A stretch of DNA of 64,000 bases, from assembly GCA_965652295.1 (NCBI GenBank), contig CBFGTS010000020.1, positions 1-64,000 on the forward strand, written 5' to 3'. This stretch comes from an uncultured Haloferula sp. GTDB taxonomy: Bacteria; Verrucomicrobiota; Verrucomicrobiia; Verrucomicrobiales; Akkermansiaceae. A program made the translations under genes and the position numbers. Under the pieces are notes generated by a model, which was not told where the DNA came from, ran no database searches, and worked only from the letters and a program-made list of their open reading frames with translations. Shown in pieces: positions 17,946-27,494 of the stretch (positions within the stretch are counted from its first letter, which is position 1; every line of letters starts with the position of its first letter).

Positions 17946-17968
17946 ACTGTTACTCGGATAGTTGCAGT
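17946..17968. promoter_or_regulatory. Candidate Rrf2 operator (imperfect palindrome); related site at 17482-17504
   Basis: ACTGTTAC-N7-GTTGCAGT just upstream of the Rrf2 start; ACGGTGAG-N7-GTAACAAT upstream of the SDR. Confidence 0.45.
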
Positions 17969-18012
17969 TGATCGGCCCCGCAACGAAAAAGTTCGGCGCT
18001 CTGCCAATTTGA

Positions 18013-19431
18013 TCAGCTCATCCGGCCCGCGATCGTCCCCAGTTTCCGGATGGCTTGACGGGCGCGTTCGTTGAGTTCGCTGCCACAACTGAGGCGGACG
18101 CAGTGTTTCAGCCGGCAGGCGGGGGAAAAGAGAGTTCCGGGGACGAGGCTGATGCCGGCGGCGAAGGCCTGCACGGCAAACGTTTCGGAATCGAAGCCCG
18201 CGGGCAGCTCGACCCAGAGCACGAAGCCGCCCGCAGGGAGATTGACGCGCGTGCCCTGGGGAAACGCATCGAGGATTTCCTCCCGCATCCGCGCGCACTG
18301 CGCGGCGTGCCGCGTGCGACTCCGCCGCAGGTGCCGGTCGAAGCCGCCGCCCTCAAGGAACTCGGCGACCACAAGTTCCGAAAGCGTGGCGTTGGCGGGA
18401 TACTGCACGCGTTTCAACTCGCGGATTTCCTCCATTCGCTGGCCCGGTAGCAGCCAACCGACACGCAGGCCGGGAGCGATGCTTTTGGTCACGGATCCGC
18501 AGTGCAGGACTCGGCCGGTTCGATCGTAGTGGGCGACTGCCGGCAGGCGTCCGACGCCATGGCCGAGTTCCCCGTAGAGGTCGTCCTCGATCACCACGAA
18601 ATCATGGAGCTCCGCCAGTCGGACGAGCTTGGCTTTCGCCTCCTCCGGCATGCACGAGCCGAGCGGATTCTGATAACTCGGCTGGACGATGCAGGCGCGG
18701 ACCGGATGCTTCGAGGCCAGCATTTCAAGGCGTTCGACATCCATCCCGTGGCGCGCGTCCATGGGCACTTCGAGCGCCTTCAGTCCGAGTTGTTTGATGA
18801 GTTGGAGGATGCCGAAAAAAGTCGGCGACTCGACCGCGACGAGGTCGCCGGGCCGGGTGGTGGCACGCAGGGCGAGCGCCATCGCTTCGGTGGCGCCCTG
18901 GGTGGTGAGAATCGCCTCGGGCGGGGCATCGACGCCGGCCGAGAGCAGCCGCCGGGAGATCGCCGTGCGGAGTTCCCGTCGCCCGGGAGCCATCGTGTAG
19001 CGGAAAGCGGCGGAGCCGTGGCGGCGCACGGCCGCATTGGTGAGTGAGGCGAGCCGCGCGGAAGGCAGCAGTTCGTCGCCCGGCACCGCCGCGCCGAAAG
19101 GCACCACGTGCGGATCGGCCACGGCATTCATGACTGCCTCGAAGATCGCCGAGCTCCGGACTTCCACCGGACGCACAGGTCCGGCGATCGGCCGCGGAAG
19201 CTGGGCGGTGGTCAACGGCCGCGGTGCCACGAAATACCCGGACCTCGCCCTGACCTCGATCCTCCCGCGGTCGAGGAGCTGCCCGTAAGCCTCGAGAACG
19301 GTGGTCACGCTGACACGTTGTTCGCGGCTCATCCGGCGCACCGAGGGAAGGCGGCTGCCGACGGGAAAAGTGCCGCCATCGATCAAGTTCGACAGCCGCT
19401 CGGCAAGGTTGAGATAGAGAGGGGTGGCCAT
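18013..19431 (-). CDS. MocR/GabR-type GntR regulator with PLP aminotransferase domain
   Basis: RLPSVRRMS..VSVTTVLEAY wHTH; EDDLYGEL; SVTKSIAPGLRVGW. Confidence 0.95.
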   Translation of the reverse strand: MATPLYLNLAERLSNLIDGGTFPVGSRLPSVRRMSREQRVSVTTVLEAYGQLLDRGRIEVRARSGYFVAPRPLTTAQLPRPIAGPVRPVEVRSSAIFEAVMNAVADPHVVPFGAAVPGDELLPSARLASLTNAAVRRHGSAAFRYTMAPGRRELRTAISRRLLSAGVDAPPEAILTTQGATEAMALALRATTRPGDLVAVESPTFFGILQLIKQLGLKALEVPMDARHGMDVERLEMLASKHPVRACIVQPSYQNPLGSCMPEEAKAKLVRLAELHDFVVIEDDLYGELGHGVGRLPAVAHYDRTGRVLHCGSVTKSIAPGLRVGWLLPGQRMEEIRELKRVQYPANATLSELVVAEFLEGGGFDRHLRRSRTRHAAQCARMREEILDAFPQGTRVNLPAGGFVLWVELPAGFDSETFAVQAFAAGISLVPGTLFSPACRLKHCVRLSCGSELNERARQAIRKLGTIAGRMS

Positions 19432-19466
19432 GACAATCCGGCAGTTTAACGAAGCGCCGGAGGGGA

Positions 19467-19552
19467 ACCAGTGACAGTTCCCGGCTTCGCCGACCAGTAC
19501 AGATTGCCCTCCAAGTTCTGTACTTCCCTGAAAACCTTCGTCCTGTATCTGT
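19467..19552. promoter_or_regulatory. Candidate MocR operator (direct and inverted repeats)
   Basis: ACCAGTGACAGTT and ACCAGTACAGATT direct repeats; AGTACAGA (19496) / TCTGTACT (19517) inverted; CTGTATCTGT (19543). Confidence 0.5.
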
Positions 19553-19752
19553 GCCTTTATCTGAAGCCGGCGATACTTGGGCCTGATGAACGCCATCAGA
19601 AATCCTCATCCTTCTCCCGTCGCTGCTCCGGCGACGGCGCGGAGGCGTTTTCTCACGCTGCTCCGCACCGCGTGGCGACTGTATTTTCACACCGACCACG
19701 GCTGTGCCATTCCGGCCCGTTGGTATGCTCGCGACTCACTTCGCCGTTCCAA

Positions 19753-20289
19753 ATGAACTCCGACCCTCTTTCCTCCGTGTCCCCTGAATGCTTTGATTTC
19801 GGTGGCTTCGGCGTGGTGTGGAAAATGGATGCCTCGCTGAGCGGCGGACGCTTTTCGATCGTCCATCATCCGCTGGCCCCTCGCGCGTTGGCAGCGCCTC
19901 TGCATCGTCATCATGATGAGGACGAGTATTCGTATGTACTGCATGGCACGCTTGGAGCGTTGCTGGGCGATGAGGTGATCACCGCGGGCCCGGGCACCTG
20001 GGTGTTCAAGCCGCGCGGGCAATGGCACACGTTTTGGAACGCGGGCGATGCTCCTTGCGAGATCATCGAAATCATCAGCCCTGGCGGGTTCGAGAACTAC
20101 TTCCGCGAGGTGGCCGCGGCGTGGGGCGATGTGAAGGCGTTTGGAGAGATCAATCGACGCTACCGTCTCGACATGGACTTCTCCAGCGTCCCCGGACTGT
20201 GCGAGCGCTTCGGGCTGACGTTCCCCGAATCCATCGCCGATCCCGGAGGCGGTCCGGTGGGCGCTGGCGCGGGCCCGGAAGGCGGTTGA
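19753..20289 (+). CDS. Cupin-domain protein
   Basis: PLHRHHDEDEYSYVLHG and PRGQWHTFWN cupin motifs. Confidence 0.9.
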   Translation: MNSDPLSSVSPECFDFGGFGVVWKMDASLSGGRFSIVHHPLAPRALAAPLHRHHDEDEYSYVLHGTLGALLGDEVITAGPGTWVFKPRGQWHTFWNAGDAPCEIIEIISPGGFENYFREVAAAWGDVKAFGEINRRYRLDMDFSSVPGLCERFGLTFPESIADPGGGPVGAGAGPEGG

Positions 20290-20302
20290 AGGGCTTCGTC
20301 CA

Positions 20303-21181
20303 TCACGGAGAGATCCGCGATCCGCCGGTCTTTTCCAACCGCGTGAGCTTCTCCGGGTTCCTGACGATGTAGATCGCTCGGATCCGGCACCCCTCGTAGG
20401 CGAAGGTCATGGCGTTCAGGTTTCCGTCGCCGCCCCGGGTGAGCACGCCGGGAGACCCGTTGATGCGGACGAACTTTGCGGGCGGCGGTTCATCTCCGTG
20501 GAAACGCCGCAGGCCGATGAACATGCGCGCGATCCGGTCAGGGCCCAGGATCGGCAGAATGGCGGCCCGGACTTTTCCGCCGCCATCGCTGTAGAGCACC
20601 GCGTCCTCCGTGAGCATGGCGATCAGTTCGGCCAGCTCGCCCGTTCGGGTCGCGGTCACGAATTCGCGGGCGAGGCGTTCGGCTTCTGCGGTGGCGGTGC
20701 GGTCGCCCTGCGTCAAACCGCCGAGCCGGGCTTTTGCGCGCGCGACCATCTGACGGCAGTTGGCCTCCGATTTCCCGACGATGTTGGCAATCAAGGTGTA
20801 GTCGTGATCGAAAGCCTCGCGGAGCAGAAACACGGCTCGCTCCACAGGTGAAAACTGCTCGAGCATGAGCATGAATGCCATGCCTAGCGAGTCCGCGAGA
20901 TCCGCCGTTTCCGAGGCATCCGGCCGATCCTCGACGACCGGCTCGGGCAGCCAGACGCCGACGTATTCCTCGCGCCGACGGCGGGCCGAGCGGAGTTGGT
21001 CGATGCAGAGACGCGTGACCGTCGTTGTCAGCCACGCGGCGGGTTCCTTCACGTCGGAGACGTCGCGGCGGTGCCAACGCAGCAGGGTCTCCTGGACCAT
21101 GTCCTCCGCCTCCGCGACGCTTCCCAGCATGCGGTAGGCGATGCTGAAAAGCAGCGGACGGTGCGTTTCCGGATCGTGCAT
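20303..21181 (-). CDS. ECF41 (SigJ-like) sigma factor with SnoaL-like C-terminal extension
   Basis: AYRMLGS, YVGVWLPEP, SDGGG, RNPEKL. Confidence 0.95.
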   Translation of the reverse strand: MHDPETHRPLLFSIAYRMLGSVAEAEDMVQETLLRWHRRDVSDVKEPAAWLTTTVTRLCIDQLRSARRRREEYVGVWLPEPVVEDRPDASETADLADSLGMAFMLMLEQFSPVERAVFLLREAFDHDYTLIANIVGKSEANCRQMVARAKARLGGLTQGDRTATAEAERLAREFVTATRTGELAELIAMLTEDAVLYSDGGGKVRAAILPILGPDRIARMFIGLRRFHGDEPPPAKFVRINGSPGVLTRGGDGNLNAMTFAYEGCRIRAIYIVRNPEKLTRLEKTGGSRISP

Positions 21182-21190
21182 CGGCGGGCT

Positions 21191-21658
21191 TCAGGAATGG
21201 GGTTGGACCACCGGACGGAAGCCAACGCCGAAGCGATTCCACGCGTTGATCGTGGTGATGGCGAGAGTGATCCATGTGACCTGCGCCTCGTCGAAATGGT
21301 TCCGGAGGTGGGCGAAATCCTCGTCGGCGACGTGGCCGCCGGGGAGACGGGTCAGTTTCTCGGTCCAATCCAGCACGGCGCGTTCAGCGGGCGTGTAGAG
21401 GTGCGCGACCTCCCGCCACACCGGCAGGAGCTGGAGGCGTTGGGGCTGCGCGCCTGCTTTCACGGCGTCGTTGAAATGCATGTCCATGCAGTAGGCGCAG
21501 CCGTTGATCTGCGAGGCGCGGAGTTTGATGAACTCCAGCTGGACGGGATCGATGCCCGCTTCGCGAACCGCGTTTTCGAGGGCGAGCAGGGCGTTCATCG
21601 CGGCGGGCGCCGCCTGCCAGTGGTTGATGCGGGACTGGGGAGTGTCGGTGGTTTCCAT
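21191..21658 (-). CDS. Carboxymuconolactone decarboxylase / AhpD-like protein
   Basis: LRASQINGCAYCMDMH, INAWNR; canonical ECF41 neighbour. Confidence 0.93.
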   Translation of the reverse strand: METTDTPQSRINHWQAAPAAMNALLALENAVREAGIDPVQLEFIKLRASQINGCAYCMDMHFNDAVKAGAQPQRLQLLPVWREVAHLYTPAERAVLDWTEKLTRLPGGHVADEDFAHLRNHFDEAQVTWITLAITTINAWNRFGVGFRPVVQPHS

Positions 21659-21668
21659 ACCCCCTGCT

Positions 21669-21695
21669 GACGAGACAGCCGGGTGGTTTGTGACA
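21669..21695 (-). promoter_or_regulatory. ECF41 target promoter TGTCACA-N16-CGTC
   Basis: Minus strand reads TGTCACA-aaccacccggctgtct-CGTC just upstream of the CMD gene. Confidence 0.85.
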
Positions 21696-21876
21696 AGCAA
21701 CGGAACGATTTTCGCAGGGGGCTGGCAAAAGTAGCGCTCCCTTCGGATTTGGACAGCCATGATTTTTGTTCAGGCTGCGGTGTGGCATTGTGTTTGGTGG
21801 TATTGAGTTGGTGATTTGAAGCCAAGGGCCTGGCGGTGCGCCGGGCCGCCTCCGTCACCTGCATTGCGGCTTCTCT

Positions 21877-22878
21877 TCAAAGGGAAGAAAGAAACCCCCG
21901 GAGTAGATCCACCGTGCGCTGAAGCTCGTCGTGATGGAGGTTATGGCCTCCCCCTTCCACGTGGACCTGTTTCACCTGCTCCAAACCTTCGATGGCCGCC
22001 TGCTCGGTCTGGCGACGCTCGGGAGAGGCGTCCGCTTTGAGGATGAGTGCGGGGACGGGAATCCTGGCGAGAGCGTCACCGATGCGCATCGAGCCGGACA
22101 TCGCCTGCCAGGCATCGGCCGAATAGGCACCATGGTACTGCTTCTTGGAGAGCGCCCAGTATTGGACGTCGGCGTCCGACCATTTGGGAAATTGGCGCCG
22201 ACCGGTCGCGACCAGATCCTCGAACCGGTAGTTGTTCTGGGCGACCAGTATCTCGGGGGTGCCTGCCATGTTGATTGATAGACGGTTTCGGTCGGGTTCG
22301 GCGTCGCGGCCCGCATTTCCGGACGGACGTGGCGGGCTGTCCCGGCGGCGCTTGCCTTCTCCGTCCCGGGCGCGAGACGGATCCGCCTGCGGAGCTTGGA
22401 GGAAGGGGTCGATCATCACCACGGCCCGGGCGAGGTCCGGATATTCGGCACCGATGCGCATGACCGTGGCGGCCCCCATCGAGTGGCCGATCAGGATCGG
22501 CTTCTCAAGGCCCAGTGCTTCGACCGCCGCGACGACATCCTTGATCAGGGTGTCACCATCATCGGCGGGCGTGAACGGGTCGGAAAGCCCGTGTCCGCGG
22601 GTGTCCAGCATGTGGATGTTGTAGGCGTCCTGAAATTCCTCAGTGAGGGTCGTCCAGCACAGGCCGTTGTCGGTGACTCCGTGAACCATGACGATGTCGG
22701 GCTTCTCCGGTGCGGGAGTGGCGCGGTAGTAATGCAGCCGGACACCGTTGGCATAGAGGTAGCCATCGGACCAACCGTCGGGCATCTCCGGCGGTTCGGC
22801 GGCGACGGTGGTGGCAGTCAGGGCGATAAGCGTCGCCGCCCAACGGCAGCACCGGGACCATGATGTTTTGGATCTCAT
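21877..22878 (-). CDS. Secreted alpha/beta hydrolase
   Basis: VHGVTD, DTRGHGLS, GHSMG nucleophile elbow, GGHNLH; signal peptide. Confidence 0.9.
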   Translation of the reverse strand: MRSKTSWSRCCRWAATLIALTATTVAAEPPEMPDGWSDGYLYANGVRLHYYRATPAPEKPDIVMVHGVTDNGLCWTTLTEEFQDAYNIHMLDTRGHGLSDPFTPADDGDTLIKDVVAAVEALGLEKPILIGHSMGAATVMRIGAEYPDLARAVVMIDPFLQAPQADPSRARDGEGKRRRDSPPRPSGNAGRDAEPDRNRLSINMAGTPEILVAQNNYRFEDLVATGRRQFPKWSDADVQYWALSKKQYHGAYSADAWQAMSGSMRIGDALARIPVPALILKADASPERRQTEQAAIEGLEQVKQVHVEGGGHNLHHDELQRTVDLLRGFLSSL

Positions 22879-22895
22879 TTTGAAGGGTGATGGGT

Positions 22896-25571
22896 TCACT
22901 TTTCGAAGTTCTTTGTTTCCACGGTCCATGCTGGATCGCGCTTCAGTTCCGGGTCCTCGCCGAGGAACATCTTCGATGCTTCCTCCCGGCCCTTGAGCTG
23001 CCAATCGAGCCAGGCGAGCGCGACGGGGGTGTATTCGCCCCCATGCGGACGGGCATAGGTGCCGGCGTGCCCGACATCGAGGTTGGTCATGACGATGGGC
23101 ACATGGTTGACGCGGGAAAAGTCATCCATGGCATTGGGATAGGCGATGTCCGAGGGGCCGCCCATGATGTAAAGCACCGGGCCGTGGAGGTCCTTGAGGA
23201 TGTCCTTGGTGATGGCCGGCATGGCTTGCATCCGGGAAGGCTCGGGGAGCACGCCGCTGTTGCAGACGACCGTGGTGGAGATTCTGGGATCCGCGGAAAT
23301 CTCGAGGGCCTGGAGCCCGCCGCAGGACATGCCCATGGTGGCGATGGCGGTGGTTGCCACCTTGCCGGAATAGATGCTTTCCGCCGATTTGTTCTGGGCG
23401 ATGATCCAGTCGAGCGCCTCAAGCAGCTGGCTGGATCGCGTCATCTCCCGCGAGGCTTGGCCGCGGATCTCGATCTGATCGAGCCGACCAATGGCGAGGA
23501 TCAGATAGCCGTACGAAGCGATTTCGCTGAGGAAGTTCTTATGTTCCTGAGTCGTGTTGGCGCAGGCTCCGTTGCCCCAGAGGAGGATCGGTAGTGTCCG
23601 CTCGTTGGCGAAGCTCGACAGATCGCGGGGTCGGAAGATCGTCATGCCGGGGAGGGTCCGCTCTTCGGTGGCGATCGCCGGATGGGGACCGGTGCCGCCG
23701 TCCTCGATGATCACGAAAGGCTGCGGCTCCCGCACTTGAGCATGCGATGAGTTCGGCTTCAGGTGCTTGGCGAAGAATTCCTCGATCGCCGGGTCGGTGA
23801 TTTCGAGAGCCTCCTCGTAGGCGACGCCGTGGCCTCCGCCATCGATCTTGAGATATTCGACCTCCGCGCCCTCCGCCTTCATTTTCTCGACGAAATCCGC
23901 CGTCAACTCAGGACGGACGATCCGGTCGGCACCGCCCTGGACCAGGAGCATCGGCGGGTGGTCGCCCGAGATGTGTCCGATCGGCCACCACTCCTTCTTC
24001 GCCATCGGAACGTCGCGGCCCAGTTCCGTGGGGGGCGAGCCGCCCACGACGACCTTCACGCCGCTGGAATGGTCGTTCCAGCCGCCGTCCCCCTCGAGCC
24101 CAGCCGATTTCGGCGTCATCGCGAGCATCATGGCGAGGTGGGCTCCGGCGGAATGGCCGTAGGCACCGATCCGTTCGGGATCGATGCGGTAATCTCCGGC
24201 GTGGGCGCGCAGCCAGCGGACGGCGCATTTCACATCTTCGATGCAGGCCGGAAAGGGAGCCTCGCCGGTCAGGCGGTAGTCGATGTTCACCGTCACGTAG
24301 CCTTTCTTGGCGTAGTCGGTCATCATGGTCTGGAAGACGTCCACGTTCTTCGATCCTCCCCGCCAGCCGCCGCCGTGCACGATCACCAGCGCGGGCCGAA
24401 GTTCCTCCGTCTCAGCGGCGGGCATGGCGAGGTCCAGCCGCCACGCCTCGCTGTCACCTTCGCGATAGGCGATGTCCCGGATGATCTTGATGGCTCCTGT
24501 ATCCTTCTCCGCTGCCGGGCCATCTTTGAAGCTGGCGAAGAACTCCGGATAGAGGTCGATCTTCCCGGTTGTGGCTCCATTCCGATCGAACAATCCGCCC
24601 CAGCGTGGCGAGGTGGCCTCCCAGATGAACGTTCCCCAGCCCAGTTTGTCGGGCAGGTCTCTGACGATCTCGTTGACCTCTTTCGCACGCTCGTTGTACT
24701 CCACCACCACGATCGGCCTGCGGTATCGCGTCGCCAGATCGGTCAGGTTATTTCGCAAATCCTCGAGCGTCCCGTGATGCTCCGGGTAATAGGATTGGCC
24801 GATCACGTCGAAGACCACGTCGTGCTCCAGCACGAGATCGAAGAACCCGACCGAGCGTCCGTTGTCTCCGCCCAGCGCGGGGTGGACCATGATCTTGATG
24901 TCCGGGTCGACGTCGTGGACCGCCTGGCTTGCGCGCTTCAGGAGCGTGCCGAAGGTTCCGGGTGAGTCGGGCAGCTTGCCTTGCGGCCAGACGAAGCCGT
25001 TGTGGATTTCGTTGCCGATCTGGATCATCTCGGGAGCCACGCCTTCATCGATGAAACGCTGCGTCGTTTCCCGCGTGTATTCATACATTTTGTCGGCCAG
25101 CTCCTCGTCGCTGAGGTCCTTCCACGAGGCGGGCGTGAATTGTTTGCCGGGGTCCGCCCAGGTGTCGCTGTAGTGGAAATCGAGCAGGAACTTCATGCCC
25201 GCCTGCTTGATGCGCCGGGCCATCGCCAAGGTTTGGTCGAGTCCGCAGTAGCCGTCGCGCGAGTAGCCGTTGTCCGCGGTGGGATCGACGAACAAGCGGA
25301 GGCGGATCCAGTTGAAGTGGTGATCTGACAAGATCTTCAGGACGTCCTTTTTTTCGCCCTGATCCGAGAATGCCACCCCTTGGTTTTCCTGCGAGGGAAC
25401 CCAGGAGATGTCCGCCCCGATGAGGGGCCGTTCGTAATCGAACTCCCGTGGAATCGGAGGCTGCTGCGGCGATTCCCGATCCTCCGCTTCCCGGGCCGCG
25501 GCCGGAAGCAAGAGAAGCGAAAGGAGCGCCGCCATGGAACTCGCTCGAAGAGGGGCCTGGGTTGCCTTCAT
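22896..25571 (-). CDS. Tri-catalytic protein: GH53 endo-beta-1,4-galactanase plus two alpha/beta-hydrolase (esterase) domains
   Basis: GADISW, RLRLFVDP, LDFHYSDTWADPGKQ, QIGNE (GH53); HGGGW..GHSAG (BD-FAE/HSL-like); WGNGAC..GMSCGG (second esterase). Confidence 0.88.
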   Translation of the reverse strand: MKATQAPLRASSMAALLSLLLLPAAAREAEDRESPQQPPIPREFDYERPLIGADISWVPSQENQGVAFSDQGEKKDVLKILSDHHFNWIRLRLFVDPTADNGYSRDGYCGLDQTLAMARRIKQAGMKFLLDFHYSDTWADPGKQFTPASWKDLSDEELADKMYEYTRETTQRFIDEGVAPEMIQIGNEIHNGFVWPQGKLPDSPGTFGTLLKRASQAVHDVDPDIKIMVHPALGGDNGRSVGFFDLVLEHDVVFDVIGQSYYPEHHGTLEDLRNNLTDLATRYRRPIVVVEYNERAKEVNEIVRDLPDKLGWGTFIWEATSPRWGGLFDRNGATTGKIDLYPEFFASFKDGPAAEKDTGAIKIIRDIAYREGDSEAWRLDLAMPAAETEELRPALVIVHGGGWRGGSKNVDVFQTMMTDYAKKGYVTVNIDYRLTGEAPFPACIEDVKCAVRWLRAHAGDYRIDPERIGAYGHSAGAHLAMMLAMTPKSAGLEGDGGWNDHSSGVKVVVGGSPPTELGRDVPMAKKEWWPIGHISGDHPPMLLVQGGADRIVRPELTADFVEKMKAEGAEVEYLKIDGGGHGVAYEEALEITDPAIEEFFAKHLKPNSSHAQVREPQPFVIIEDGGTGPHPAIATEERTLPGMTIFRPRDLSSFANERTLPILLWGNGACANTTQEHKNFLSEIASYGYLILAIGRLDQIEIRGQASREMTRSSQLLEALDWIIAQNKSAESIYSGKVATTAIATMGMSCGGLQALEISADPRISTTVVCNSGVLPEPSRMQAMPAITKDILKDLHGPVLYIMGGPSDIAYPNAMDDFSRVNHVPIVMTNLDVGHAGTYARPHGGEYTPVALAWLDWQLKGREEASKMFLGEDPELKRDPAWTVETKNFEK

Positions 25572-26015
25572 GAGAACAAGGGCTAAGAGAACGGGAGCCG
25601 TGGCGCAATCAGGAAGCTTCCGGGCCCTGTGCTCCAATCGATGCCCGATGCGGCAGGGCGAGCCGCATCGCTTCGGGGATAAATTGCAACGTCACGAGCG
25701 GAGGAAGCTCGTGCAACCCCTGAAGGAGGGACGGAATGCCGATTGCTGGCATCTTGGAAACGTCGATGCGGACGCGGGAACGCGCGACCTCGGCAGAACT
25801 TGAGCAGGGCATCGAGGCCGGAGAACCACGTTTGTTGTAACCCTCAAGGGGTATGCGCATCAAGGATGCGGATACGGTAAAATTCAACTAGAAGTAGTTG
25901 TCATACGGAGGAGGATACCTCCGATTCGACCAATCCGGTCTCACGCATCCGAATCATGAGGAATCATAGGCTTTGTTCGGGTGCCCCAGTCATCCGAATA
26001 AAACCATGATGCCCA

Positions 26016-27455
26016 ATGAAAATGTCCCAGCCTGATGCTATTGATGCAAGTTCGCCTCCCGCGAAGCCTGACTGCCGCAAGACCACCGTGCGGAGCACAC
26101 CGACGAGGCTTCGGCTGGTGTTTTTCGGCGTCCTCGCGACCCTGTGGTTTGGCGTGACCACAGCCCACGCGTATGACCACGAGGTGTTCTGGCGGAATGG
26201 CTACTACCGCTGGAAGAATTTCGGCGTCGAGCAGGGGCAGACCTCCGATCTCGCCACGGCGATCAACAACGCGATCGGCACGGGAAGCCGGGAACTCCAT
26301 ATCCTCGTCGGCGGGAAGTTGCACAGCCAGGTCAACCTCCAGGGCGGCCTGACGCTGCAATGCCACGACAACACCTTCGAAAAGACCCACGGCAGCCCCG
26401 GGTTCCATCGCGAGGGGTCGGGAGGCATCGCGATCTATAACATGACCTTGTGGGGCGGATCGGGCTACGGCATCCGTATCAGCCGGGCCAGCGACCTCAC
26501 TTTCGGCAACCTGACGATCTATGATGGCGGCATCGGCATCCGCGTCGACAGCCACCCGAGCCGTCCGTATGAAGATGGGCGATGGGTGTCCAACCTGAAC
26601 ATTTTCAACTGCCACTTCGAAAACAACGGCGGCCACGGACTTGAGACCTACGGGGTGGAGGGATTCGAAATCGACGACATTGTCGCCCGGAACTGCGGCG
26701 AGTGCGGGGTGCTCGTCAACAAGGGGCGGAACGGCCATGTTGGCTTTGTGGACGCCTACCGTTGCAGCTACGGCGGTGGCTATGCCGGGCTTCGCTTTGC
26801 CAACAATTGCGACGACATCACCGTGGACGAGCTCATCGCCGTCGAGTGCGGCCGGGGCTTTTTCACGGTCAGTGACTGTGAGGACATCACGGTCGCCAAC
26901 GCCTACATCCGGGATTGCAGCTCGCATGCGATCCTGCTCCAGCATAGCAATCGCGTGGGCATCAATGCCGGGACGTTCAACGGTACCGGTCTGAATCACT
27001 ACACCAGCACGAACTGCTGGATCAATGCAGTGCCGATCGGACAGAGGAGCATCATCAACCGCGCCAGCGGAAGATGCCTTGAGGTGAGCGGGGCGCAGAA
27101 CTCAGATGGGGCGAATGTCGTGATATGGGATTACCTCGGCGGGACCAACCAGAAGTGGAGCATCGCCGACATCGGCAGCGGCAACTTCAGCATTCGATCA
27201 AGCATGAGCGGCGGTCGCGGCCTCGATTCCGGATGGAGCCCGCAGAACGGCACCAGCGTCTATATCTGGGATTTCTGGAGCGGGGATCCCCAGAAGTGGA
27301 AGGTGCAGAGTGTTGGCGACAGTCATTTCCGGATCAACCCGCTGCTGAACTCCAGCCAATGCCTGGACGCCTACGGCTCCGCCAATGGCTCCGACGCCGG
27401 GCTCTGGTCCTACTGGGGCGGTAGCAATCAGCAGTGGTCGATCCAGAACCCGTGA
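26016..27455 (+). CDS. Secreted right-handed beta-helix protein with C-terminal ricin-B (CBM13-like) lectin
   Basis: Beta-helix repeats (HGLETYGVEG, CGECGVLV, YAGLRFAN); NQKW, PQKW, NQQW ricin QxW repeats. Confidence 0.85.
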   Translation: MKMSQPDAIDASSPPAKPDCRKTTVRSTPTRLRLVFFGVLATLWFGVTTAHAYDHEVFWRNGYYRWKNFGVEQGQTSDLATAINNAIGTGSRELHILVGGKLHSQVNLQGGLTLQCHDNTFEKTHGSPGFHREGSGGIAIYNMTLWGGSGYGIRISRASDLTFGNLTIYDGGIGIRVDSHPSRPYEDGRWVSNLNIFNCHFENNGGHGLETYGVEGFEIDDIVARNCGECGVLVNKGRNGHVGFVDAYRCSYGGGYAGLRFANNCDDITVDELIAVECGRGFFTVSDCEDITVANAYIRDCSSHAILLQHSNRVGINAGTFNGTGLNHYTSTNCWINAVPIGQRSIINRASGRCLEVSGAQNSDGANVVIWDYLGGTNQKWSIADIGSGNFSIRSSMSGGRGLDSGWSPQNGTSVYIWDFWSGDPQKWKVQSVGDSHFRINPLLNSSQCLDAYGSANGSDAGLWSYWGGSNQQWSIQNP

Positions 27456-27494
27456 TGCGTGGGGCTTTTTACCCATGTCGTGAGTGATCGCTCC

